From Seison nebaliae (taxonomy: Eukaryota): 64,000 nucleotides of DNA. Below, piece after piece: positions 12,006 to 23,568 of this stretch. Within the stretch, counting starts at the first letter, position 1, and each line of letters starts with the position of its first letter. Position numbers and translations under genes: made by a program. Below the pieces are notes generated by a model. The model was given only the letters and a program-made list of their open reading frames with translations. It was not told the origin of the DNA and did no database searches. The DNA is taken from NCBI GenBank assembly GCA_023231475.1, contig JALJEE010000451.1:1-64000 (forward strand), in the 5' to 3' direction.

Positions 12006-14114
12006 CGATTCTATAACATAATACATTACGTACACTATCATGTTCCCATTTTGTTAAAAAAGATTGATGTTTTCTTCCTGTTTCTTTTTATATCATTCTA
12101 TAATAATTCTCTTCTAATTGGACTTTTCATTTAAAAGGAGTTGGACAATTGGCCCATTGGTAATAATTGAGATTAATCAATCATTGAAAATGACGACCCT
12201 TGAAGAAACTTGGAAAGAATGAACCTCAATTAAAATAGTAGTTATAGTACAAGTATTTCATTAATCCAGTTAGTTAGCGAATAGTCTTCGAAGTTGCTTC
12301 AATTCAATTTAGGTCTTATTTGTAGAGTTCATTTTTTGACAGAAAGGAAACACATGGGTATAACAGTCGAATGGAAGGAAAGGAGAGAGTGGAAAAATGT
12401 GTGAATAAGCAAGTACTTATTTCTATATGAGACCGTACAGCGGGAGAAATACGGTTTCTTTCAAAATTAGGAGAAAAATTCTATTGCTCTGTAGCCAAAG
12501 AAGTATACGAACGGCTTATTTATCAAGTAACACACAGTCATATACACATACGTTTATATACAATCATCATTTGGAGGTATGTATGAATCGACATAGAGGA
12601 ACATATGAATATGAAGAAGACATGTCGAATTGATGCTAGTTATTTTTTTTACTTCCACTGATGTTCCCATATATAGAATGGAAGTAATGTCCAGTAGAAG
12701 ATTTTGTATAAACAATAATTTTTATTCTCTTTTTTTTTTTCTTTCTTCTTTTCACATTAGCTTTTAAGTAGTTAAAGTAAAAGAAAGTATAGTAATGTAC
12801 AAAAAAAGAGAATTGGCGAATGCTCTTTATCTTCCTTTGCACATATTCCTTCCTACCAAATATTGTTGGAGGAAGAAAGAAGGCATTAATTTAGTGCACG
12901 GCAGATCTTTAAGCCTATTCTCCTAAATTTTCCTTCGTTAATACTTTTCTCAATATTTCATTTATTGGTAAAGCAATTCGCTTAATGTGTTTAGAAAGTC
13001 GATGAGTTTTATATCGAAATTCTAATGAACGCTATTTCTGTTGAAGAGATGAAAAAAAGGAGATCATACGTTTAAGGAAAAATGATATCGTTTGAAAATC
13101 GATTAATTTTCTGTCCATTTTCCTTTTATGAAATGAAATAAATGTAAACAATTGACTCTTCCTTCATTCTTCATTTTAAACTACTATATAGTTAACGATT
13201 AATTTTAGCATAACGTTTAACACGATGTATATTAGTCACAATTCGAGTGTTGTACTTCAACGTCGAAAAAGGTCTTCTTTTCATCAAACGAAATATCTTC
13301 ATTCTTCATCTGAGTAAGAAAACGAAGAAGCAAACTCAACTTCAACGAAACTTCAACTTTTTCGTACACGTACGCTTCTCCCAACCATCCAATGACTTCG
13401 TTAATGTAGTGAGTTTGTTTTTTAACGTTTGACTGATTAGAGAAATGAAATAAGAGAAAGTTACATTGCGTGAAAGAGAAATCGATAAAATCAATCCATA
13501 TAATAATGAATTAAAACTTCGAATCAGAGTTTAGGTTAACGATCTTATCGTCAATATGAACACAATAAATTGTCGACTAATCTTTTTGTTTTTCTCCTTA
13601 ATGTTATATTTCTCTGGACAGCTCTCAATTATATTACATTATAAATCGAATTAGATGATGTTATTGTTATTGATAATGCTTTGCATTATGTTACAGTAAT
13701 TTATATTCATATTTTCATGAGATATGTCAGAGAAGGAAAGTTTTTTGAGTACAATTTTTCATCTATACAAAACGAATAAAGGCGAAGTAAAGACAGGAGA
13801 GATCGCTAAGAGAATGGCTGTCCGAAGGTCAGTCCACCATCATTAGCTTACTGATTTGCTCATTTATATGTTATGCGCAAACAATAATCATTCGTTTACA
13901 ATTTAACTTTTCTGTTTCTTCCTTTTTCCATCTTTCGAGGGAGAGAAAGAAAGAAAAGTCGATTTAAAAGAAGAAAATTTCAATTTAATCAACATTTTAA
14001 ATTTTCCTTTCTTTTCCACAGTGACCAGTGTGTGAGTTATATAAGTGTTCAGACATGACGCTAACGATGAAATGGGAAGAGAATATCTAACATTTTCCTG
14101 TTATTTAACCCACC

Positions 14115-15407
14115 ATGGTGAGTGTTGTTGAAATTAATTCGAAACTTTTACTTCAGGTCTATGATGTCCCGCCCAGCACTAGACAAGCAACACCACAATT
14201 GCAGATATCATCATCCAAATCGATATCGTCGTTAAATAATCAAAAGAACTTTTCTTTACCGACACAATTCTATTCGAAAATTCCAGGATTATTACGGACA
14301 AATTGGTCGGATTCTCATGTGTCATACTTGCAACAAATTCCGGTGAGCACGTTTGCAACTCCGATAAAATGTTCAAATGAATATTTAAGCGATCGTTCGA
14401 AAGTAGACATCGAAAATGTTCCGAATAATAGGAATATCGATGAGAAAGCCACATCAATTGAGAATTTGGTGAAAGTTAAGAAACCGAAGAAAACGGTGAG
14501 ATTCAGTGACTCGATCGGGAAGAATTTAGTTGAAATAATCGAATATTATCCTTCAGTAGCTCCATCTTATAATTCTTTGGGTAAACCGCATTTGATATCT
14601 TCCAAGTTAATAGTACGGAATTGTTTGCGTAATTCGGTTGAGTTCAAACTACCAATAAAACCGTTCGGATTTTTCGAACAGATCAATTCGAAATTCCATC
14701 CGATTGTCGGCCAATTCTACAATATATTTTATAAACATAATAATGATAATGACGAAGAAATAGCGAAACGATTATTAGACTATCAGAAGCAATCGAGAAA
14801 AAATTGTCGACAGACTTATGTGCCGAAAGATGAGGAGGAAGAAGAAGAAAAATTGAAATTGATCGATTCACAATTAGCAGTCATAAATCGGAAGCGACAA
14901 GGGAAAATTAAGGGGAAATATGAAAATCAATTCATTCTCAAATTCTTCAATGAGTTTGATGATTCTCTCCAAATTATTCCATGTTTCAATCAACCAGTAG
15001 CATTAGACTCATTCATTACTCAAGTCCATAAGAATGGTGTCAGATTAGAAAGTATTATTTGCTCCGAAGACAACAGTGACAAATGTTCCGTTCTTATCGG
15101 CTATATTTGTGTCCATAATCGATCTTATGCAAAAACGGTTATGGTTCGATATACCATCGACGACTGGAGAACATTTCACGATATTTCTGCACATTACGTT
15201 AATGACTCCCATCATTACAAGCCAGATTGTGATCGGTTCAAATTCTCACTGACAGTTCCTATACAACTGAAGGAGAAGAATTCGATTAACTTCTGCATTT
15301 CATTCCACTACATCGATCACAACGGTTACGCACATATGTGTTGGGATAATAATGATCGGAATAATTATCAATTAAAAGTATTATCAACAGAAATTAATCG
15401 AAAGTAG
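14115..15407 (+). CDS. PPP1R3: Glycogen-targeting protein phosphatase 1 regulatory subunit (CBM21 domain)
   Basis: PP1-binding RVxF motif KKTVRFSD and CBM21 motifs VRLES, GYICVHNRSYAKTVMVRYTIDDW, DRFKF and WDNNDRNNY. Coding region is intronless. Confidence 0.9.
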   Translation: MVSVVEINSKLLLQVYDVPPSTRQATPQLQISSSKSISSLNNQKNFSLPTQFYSKIPGLLRTNWSDSHVSYLQQIPVSTFATPIKCSNEYLSDRSKVDIENVPNNRNIDEKATSIENLVKVKKPKKTVRFSDSIGKNLVEIIEYYPSVAPSYNSLGKPHLISSKLIVRNCLRNSVEFKLPIKPFGFFEQINSKFHPIVGQFYNIFYKHNNDNDEEIAKRLLDYQKQSRKNCRQTYVPKDEEEEEEKLKLIDSQLAVINRKRQGKIKGKYENQFILKFFNEFDDSLQIIPCFNQPVALDSFITQVHKNGVRLESIICSEDNSDKCSVLIGYICVHNRSYAKTVMVRYTIDDWRTFHDISAHYVNDSHHYKPDCDRFKFSLTVPIQLKEKNSINFCISFHYIDHNGYAHMCWDNNDRNNYQLKVLSTEINRK

Positions 15408-16893
15408 TCGAAGTTTAATCTCTATTCAGTCTTGGATGTGATGGAGAGAATATTCAAATGAAATTAAAAAACAAAACCAAAATATTGTTGCCATCATCAT
15501 CATTCTTTAAAAATGTATCAAATGTTTGTTCCTTCAATTAACTTCTGCAAACTATCTTATTTATTCTCATTACATGTCACTCACTTCGAAATCGAACAAA
15601 ACCTTATTGATTTTGACTTAATCGATCTAAAATCGGTCCACTTTCCCATCATTCTATACATCCTAATCTTTAGTTTTATCTAATAAGGAATAAACGACAA
15701 AATATTCTTGAAAACTTAAACAAATTACCGTATCTTTTTAACGATTTTCTCGCTATATCGTCATTTCTCATGGTGGATGTTACTCTCTAAACCACCTTGT
15801 GCCATCACATAAATCGTCAAATTAGAAATCTTATTGAGGTAAATCTCTTTCATGAATATTTCTCTTCTAATTTCTACATATTGACTTTTGTCCAAGACAA
15901 ACAAATTATTTCGAAATAAAAATTTTGAAAAATAAAGTTAATAGATTAGTAATAATGATTAGTAACTGTTATGATAGAAAATCATTCTCCGATGAAAAAG
16001 AATCCTATCCAGAAAATTATTATTATTATTCTTTATTACTCACAAATAATGAAGGAAAATTCACATAAAGGATCAAATATAAAAAAGAAGAAAATTAAAA
16101 AAAAAAGAATATACATGTATAAAAAAGTAAGTGAAAGAAGAAGGTATTTCACCAACACTGATAACGAAGTATTAGATTAATCTAATAATCGTATAAATTG
16201 TTCAGAAACTTCGATAATTCAATGAATTTATTTTGATCGAACATATTGGAAAGTTTGATGGGAGAAGGTTGATTGGTGAGAAATTTAAAATAAAATTCTT
16301 AAATTTAAGAGAAGTTGTGAGGACCGTATATCATAATATTCTCGAACATGGCCCAGAATCGATATGTCAGATTGAAATATTTCCAAGATTAACGAATCCA
16401 ATCCTTGAAACGAGAGATAAGCTGAAATTCGGTCAAAAATTCCTAAGATCCCGGTTGCATTATTATTTTTTATTCGTAATCCCCTCGGGGCAAACAATAT
16501 AGAAATTTTGAAATGTTTGATAAATTATTTGATGATATAAGCTCATGACCATCAGGTAATAACGATATGATCGGATATGAATATAAAATGTAATCGGAAA
16601 ACGAACCAGATCCGTGAGAGAAAAGCAGAAAGCTTTATTATAGCGACGAAAACAACAGACAAGGCGACGAACGATCCTAAAAAAATTAGAAAATTTGTCA
16701 CGAGTTATTCTTTTATCTGGTACACATCTGTCTAAACAAATCTGTCCGGACCTATATGAATCAAAAAATTTGTGAAAGAAGTATTTATAATTTTTATTTA
16801 AACTTAATTATTGGATATAATGTATGTGGAATTGAAGATAGATAAGTTAAATAATTGAATTGGTTCTGTCCAACATTTCATAAATTCGAGTTC

Positions 16894-19800
16894 TTATTCT
16901 GATCGTTTCGATGCTGGGCAGGATAATTTTTTATATTTTAATTCTATTTCAGCGATAGCTTGCCGCAAATGACGAAGAACGGTGAAACAAATGTCACCAT
17001 TCTTTCTACCGTTCAAAATGAGACATCTAGCATCAGGCCAATATTTGTGGAGAAGTGATGGGGCAATTAAAGATGATTGACTTCGTTTCACTTGAATAAG
17101 AGTACAAGGAATATGATTAATGCGATAGATGTCTTTGATAAATTGGAAAGGTAAAGCGAAGAAATCATTCACAAGATAATGTCTATGATGGATATGAAGA
17201 AGAGAATGAAAATAATTGAATTAACGAATGGATTGATGCCGCTTTCAAATATTCTTTATCTGAAAACTGGATGGGAATACAACTGGCACCCAAATGTTCT
17301 TCGTTGTAATGAGAGAAGAAATGAATATAAATCTTCGCTAAGATTACTCTCTCTGTCGTCAATAATTTCGTATTCTTCAATCTCTCGTAAAACTCTTCAA
17401 TAAAATTATTATGTGAACTAATTTTCTTTTTAAATTTTCTTCAGGGATGAAATGAATTGGAAAATAAGGGAAACTTGAGAAAAAAGTTTAGTATCTTCAT
17501 TTTTGTTTGTTCTAAGGAAAGAACGAATTTCTGTAATCCAAGCATTCCTTTCCAAATTGACTAACATCATTTAGTTAAAGAATTATTATCTAACTTTTCT
17601 AACATCGGTAATGAGACTAATATTAATTGAGCACAAATGTCATTGTAGGCCTGTGTGTAAAATAGAGCCAAAGTGGCACCCCAACCAACACCTAAAATAA
17701 TCAGCCAACAATTCACTCTTAAATGTATTCTCAACTTTTCTATATCACCTATAGTCATCCAAGTGGTATTGTTGTGGAGATAAGTTAAGGCGATAGAGAG
17801 ACCACAACCTCTCTGGTCAAATGTTACTATTCTAAAAGTATCGTTTGAAAAAGTTCTTAGAATTTCTGGCATTCGTCGAAAACCAGGACCATCATGTCTT
17901 TTTCAATTGATATTATGTCTTTTTAAATTTATTAATGAATTTTAACAATATTAGTACAGCTGGCATCCATGATTCTCCGAACACTTCATAAAAGATTCCA
18001 TGACAATCGGACACCATTAAAATTCCAGAATCTGTCGGTTGTTTCGATCCTGGTAGACTGTAAGGCAGTTTCGGTGATAAAGTGGGATTGACGAGCCATG
18101 TGAACATATTATGATGATCGTCGTTTTGATGCTTTTGAAAGAAATTGGTACCTTGAGAAGTGGAATGAACGAACGGAACTGGTATGTTAATATCAGCCCA
18201 ATCGATATTATTTTTTGTCTTATAATCATTCAGAGTTTCAGAATGGATTTCATCGAAACAATTATCGTTACGAACATTCAATGCATATTCCATATAAGCA
18301 GTATATTCCATTGATTGAATGTCGAATTCCATATCGATGTCATCTTGATATTTGAAGAATTCGATTATTTTATCATTCCTCGTTATCTTCTCTCCATAAG
18401 CAATTAGACGATGGTTAGATTTACTATGACCTATCAATGTCTCTTGACACATTTCATAATTGACAATTGGTCTATTCTTCTTTCGTAATTTTATAGTTGT
18501 CGATTTAACGATTTTAATCTTCTTTTCTAATGGCATTTTTACTGATATTTCCTTTTTCGGTAACACTTCAATGGACTCCTCTTGTTTCTTTTCTACGTGA
18601 CGACGACATGTTCGAATGGGACAGAAAGGTGTAAATTTAAAAGGAATCATATTAATTGGAACGGCCTCCAACTCACCAGCACAACCATCATCAAAAATAT
18701 TCAATCTTCGATGGTCACAAAACTTATGTACTTTATTCCCTAATGTACTTAATTGATCAGGATCCTTATCTTTCTTCTGACTCTTATGCTGATATTGGAA
18801 ACTCTTCATATGGGACAAATAACGATGAATTGGAAGATTGTCATCCGGCTCATATTGAGCTCCTGGATAATAGTTGATATTTTTAGATTTTCCTTCATTT
18901 TTCACTGTCATTTCTGATTGAGTTTCTCCTCCAAATTTTGTGTTAGAAATTTCGAATCGATTAGAAATATCTGATAGTGATGCTGATTTAGTATCATCTC
19001 CACTCTCTATCGGATGAAAGGTACTATGTTTAAGGGAAGTCACTGTCTTTTCACTCACATATTGCTTACCCAGTGAACTGGGTGTTCTTTCCCCACAAAT
19101 CGAACTATAAGTGTGAGAGAGATTACTACTTTGAAATTGAGTCGATCGACAACTGTTGGACATAAACGATGTGAAATTTTTAGTTGTCGAAGTATCATCA
19201 TCATCATCATCATCATCAGTCAATCGAATTGGAGTTTCCACACGATTAAACTTTAGTTTCTTCTTAATTTCCTTTATACTTTTTTGAGATGATCTGATCT
19301 CCGAAACGATTTCACATCTACTGTCTACTTTTACGGGAAGACATTCGTTCTCATCACGTTCAGAAATCATGTGCACATTGTCAGGAGAAGTAGATGTCAT
19401 TTGTCTCATTTTCCATCTCATAAAATTCTGATGAAACTCTTTCGAGCTACTTCTTGTAGGAGATGAATATTGAGTTGTTATACAATCATTTCTATTGTCA
19501 AGAAAAGTTGATATTGTTAATGTTCGGTCACTATCATTCGTTCCAGTACTACTATTATCACTATTACGACTACTATGATGATGATGACGATGATGATGAT
19601 GATGTGGACGATTCCTTCTACGACTACGTGTATGATGGACATGATTCCTTCTTATTCTATTACTACTACTATTACTACTACTATGAGTAGTAGTTGGATG
19701 AGTTGGATGACTAGTATAACTAGTGGGAGTAGTGACAAGAGTTGTGGTATCACTTTCATAATAGTTTTTTTGATGAACCGGTCTTCTTTTCTCACCATGA

Positions 19801-20717
19801 TCTTTCTTTCCTTTCCCTTTCATTACTTTAGATATTTTTCTATTTTTTCTCAGTTCAGATGAAATGTAATTGTCATGTAATAATTCATCCATATTCTCCC
19901 GAATGATTTCGCGACACGATTCCTTATCAAATTTACTCGTTCTTCTCATAAGTGATCTCTGATCTTTATAATCTCCCATTTGAGTCGCTTGGTCAATAAT
20001 TGAGAATTTACTCAATTCAGTATTATCTTCTGAAGATATCCATTCCATATTTGAATTGAATTTTGCTTCCAATTTGTCTAATAATGATTCTTCTAAACTT
20101 TCTAATTTGGAGGCAGTCTCTTCATCCTCCTCCCACAATTTCTCTTTCTTCAATTCAAATGTATCTATATCGCTCGCTATCACAATTTTTTTATCTAAGA
20201 TGTTCGAAGTGAACTAATTGTTAGAAGAAAAATATAACCAGAATTACTATTGAAATTCTCTTGGAAAAGTAGGAAGGATGAAGATGATTGAGAAGAGGAT
20301 AATTGAGAATTAGATGAGATTTCAAATATTCCATTATTATTCTTATTAGATAACTCACTCGTATTGTCAGGAGAGGAAGAATGGAAACAATCCTCAAACA
20401 TTTTCTTTTCATTAATCGTCTCTTGTTTCGATGAGGAACAATTTGTACGAAATTCATTAGTCGAACATATTTCTAATCTATTTATTCACAAATTGAACTA
20501 GTTGTAAAATTATCATAATTTTCCTAACTCCGAAAAGAGATCAATAGGAATTGATGTCTCATTATGAACGTTGATCTCATGATCATCACTGTTATTTAGT
20601 TCCGTAGAACATTTAATTCCTTCTGATGATAATTCAGTCGTTTACATTAAATTCATATATTCATAATGATAATAGATATGAAGTGGAACTTGTCGTATCA
20701 TTAGAATTGTGGATCAT
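16894..20717 (-). CDS. Long disordered N-terminal region fused to a catalytically degenerate proline iminopeptidase-like (peptidase S33) alpha/beta-hydrolase domain
   Basis: Introns 20238-20195, 17946-17898, 17594-17548, 17474-17426 and 17225-17183 give one frame containing AVLILHDGPG, RIVTFDQRGCGLS, NNTTWMTIGDIEKLR, GVGWGATLALFY, HYLVNDFF and HIPCTLI...WPDA. The 5' end is tentative (ATG 20717 or 20401). Confidence 0.75.
19545..19690. repeat. Coding trinucleotide microsatellites (CTA)n/(GAT)n giving Ser, His and Arg tracts
   Basis: Runs such as gatgatgatgacgatgatgatgatgatg and tactactactattactactactatg inside the large exon of the minus-strand gene. Confidence 0.8.
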
Positions 20718-21841
20718 CTCTCGGAAAAAAGAAGAAATCAATGCAAAAACTGATTTTTCAAACAATATTAAGAAGAAAGATGAATTTTATGCGCTGAAAT
20801 GACATGAGCCAGTCGAACAAAGCAACACAGTTTACAACTTAATAAATAACTCGACGAAGAGAATAACGTGAGATATACAAGCTTTTATTCCGACCACTCA
20901 TGTCATTCCAAAACATTGGAGAATCAGTTATTCACATTCACCGTTATGAGAATGAAACTATTTCACGTCGACATCACTCCACTTAAATATTGTGTGTACA
21001 CTAATCCTTATGGAAGTCGACCTGTTTACCAAATATTTCTAACGAAGAAATGATAAATAAAATATCAATAAATGACACAATTCTCAACAGCGTTTAGTTT
21101 ATGTCCTTTCCCGTGAAATATACCAAATGACTCTATTCGAAGAAAACTGTTAAGGAACATCGTGAAATGATGAAATTTTATTAAATAAATATTCTCCAAT
21201 TCGACGTCTATAATATCATTCTTCTATCATATGTCAATACCATATCATATGATATTAGAAGAAGTAGGAAATAAAAGAATATTAATCAATACAAATATTC
21301 TTATCGACTGTCGGAAATATACATGTGGAGTACGTTACACCTCCAACATAGAACAATCATTCTCAAAACAATGAAACCAAAAAAAAAAAAACCGAATCTC
21401 TCAACTTTTTTTCTCAACTCCCACCAATCATCATCATAAGTGATTGATCATAAATTCATTTAATTGTCTTATTCATTTCTAAGGAAGATAATTTCTTGAA
21501 ATTCTTAATATTATTTAAATGTAAAATAAAATATCGAAAATTTTATAAATAAGAAAACTTAATTCTTAATTTCTATTATTAAGAGAAGTTGAAATTTATA
21601 ATTAACAAAAATGATTATAGCATTATACAAAGTATTTGTTGGGCATAAAAAACACGAGTATTGAGGAAGTCGATTTAAGATATATCTTCGATGTAATAAC
21701 ATAAAATAGGAAAATCAATTTTGAATTGTCGCCATATCTTTTGAATATTTATTTTCCATGTGATTCATGCCATTCGAATATTACGAGTTGAAAAGCCGAA
21801 GATTTTAGGAAACAAATTTAAAATTTTGGCTGTCGATCCAA

Positions 21842-22336
21842 ATGTTCGTCAATCAAATTGTTGCTGTGGGAAGTCGATGTCAGTATCGACGAGTGGCTAC
21901 CACGACATGTTTGTTGAAAAAGAAGAAAAGGATTAAATCGGGAAATCCTGAAATGAACACTGCACCATATGAATTGGATTATTCTTTGGATGCCAAACGA
22001 AGAATAAACATAGAAGAACGAATAATGATCGATCGTAGTGATGAGAAAGATCTACCTTTGGCGAAGACGGAAAACAATCCGTATGAGAAGCAAATGAAGA
22101 AATGTATATTTTGTGAGAATAATGTGCATATCGATTATAAGAACACGAGATTACTCTCTCAATTTATTTCACCGCAAACCGGTTATATGTACGAACGAGA
22201 AATAACGGGAATTTGTCATCCAAAATATAAAGAATTGAAAAGAGTAATCGAAACTAGTCGGAAGGCAGGCTTAATGCCTCACGGAAGGAAGAAAGAAGCT
22301 TTCCATAAAGATCCAAAATTGTTTGAATTTTTTTGA
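21842..22336 (+). CDS. MRPS18C: Mitochondrial ribosomal protein S18C (bS18m)
   Basis: CIFC...IDYKNTRLLSQFISPQTG...REITGIC...SRKAGLMP...DPKLF, the S18c signature, after a basic presequence-like N-terminus. Confidence 0.92.
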   Translation: MFVNQIVAVGSRCQYRRVATTTCLLKKKKRIKSGNPEMNTAPYELDYSLDAKRRINIEERIMIDRSDEKDLPLAKTENNPYEKQMKKCIFCENNVHIDYKNTRLLSQFISPQTGYMYEREITGICHPKYKELKRVIETSRKAGLMPHGRKKEAFHKDPKLFEFF

Positions 22337-22394
22337 CGAGTTCTTTATATTTAATAATAACATTAAAAATAATTGATATTCAATTTTTGGTTTT

Positions 22395-22642
22395 TTCTAT
22401 TTCATGGTAAGCTCGAATTTTATGATCGATCCGTTTTGATTGATGTTTACATCTCTGTATTCGATCTCTTAATCGTTGTCGTTCCTTCCCCATGTTACTC
22501 CTCCAATGCGAACTAATTGGTAATGGTGGCATTGGTTGTTGCGTATTATTGGTACGTAACTGCCAATTCGGATATTCTTCTTTCTTCATATTCTACAAAT
22601 ATTTCTTTCTCTCTTTTGTTAAAACCGTTCGCTTCTCTATAC
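22395..22642 (-). pseudogene. Scrambled, inverted partial copy of EIF3A (four rearranged segments)
   Basis: Reverse complement matches EIF3A nt 25454-25513, 25575-25607, 26289-26355 and 25772-25869, in that order. It carries an in-frame TAG (ttg tag aat versus ttg gag aat). Confidence 0.9.
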
Positions 22643-22830
22643 TAGTGTTGGGAAGTGAACGTTGAAAGCCTATTAAGCTTAGAAATTTTTAGGAAAAAGT
22701 TCGAATTTTTTAGTCTAACACAGGAAATATCTAATACGAAGGCAACGAAATTAAAAATAATTAGGACATGTGGAAGTTCATAGTGATTAAGATAGGATTC
22801 AAATATCAGAAGAAACAAAAGTAATACATA

Positions 22831-23317
22831 TACGACTACTTTGAGGATAATTATATTTCGGAAAATGCAAGATTCCCTCCTAAAAGAATAATAACTGTCT
22901 TAAGTACTTAATCCTTCTGGATAGACGTTCAATAAGTATTAGCTCCAATAAGATTTATTTTTGAAAGGATAAAAGCCACCGACATTAACAAGGATGAAAG
23001 TTTAATATCGACGTTAAAAAGTTTCGATGGAAGGAATGTTTCCACCTTTTTCCACTCTGTTTCCCAAATATATGCAGACTGATGATTTTTGTATAATTTT
23101 TTAAAATTAGATTTTTTTTTATTCGATTTTATAATTTTATTTTTTTCTTTTGTTTTAAAAAAAATAAATTTCCTTCATTCTGTTAAGAAAAGAATTATAC
23201 GAAATTATGAACTTACTTACAACTGGCTCTAAAACTCCACGAAAGCGATTAGATTTTCGGAAAAAGAGTAGAAATGTCCTATCTTATAAGAAAAGGGAGT
23301 AGAATTGTCCGACTACC
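22831..23317 (+). mobile_element. Possible MULE-family remnant (transposase motif plus terminal repeat-like end)
   Basis: YDYFEDNYISENARFPPK at 22831-22884 resembles the DY..NYI....FPP motif of invertebrate MULE-like transposases. A duplicated agtagaa(a/t)tgtcc unit ending in gactacc (about 23267-23317) looks like a subterminal repeat or TIR. Confidence 0.4.
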
Positions 23318-23568
23318 ATTGAGGTTCCCGTGTAAATAACATTATCTGAAAAAGAATAAAAGCTTCAATTTAAAATAGTATAAATAAAATTTTTTTGAAG
23401 CTTAAAATTTGAATGATGAATATTTGAATGAAATTTTTATCAAAACTCTTATTGAAATAAGAGAGTTCATAGAATTGAATAATAAAAAGGAACTCGTGTT
23501 ATCTTATATAAAATCGTTAAAAAAAATTTCATAGAAATTTCTTGGATTTCGTCTGTTGAGTAAGAAAA

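Noticed and set aside
16100..16880. Possible small spliced gene on the minus strand (IVRRLVCCFRRYNKAS)
   Set aside because: I could not build a consistent start-to-stop model.
19463..19862. Plus-strand ORFs with poly-Asp, poly-Tyr and poly-Met runs
   Set aside because: Antisense shadows of coding trinucleotide repeats in the minus-strand gene.
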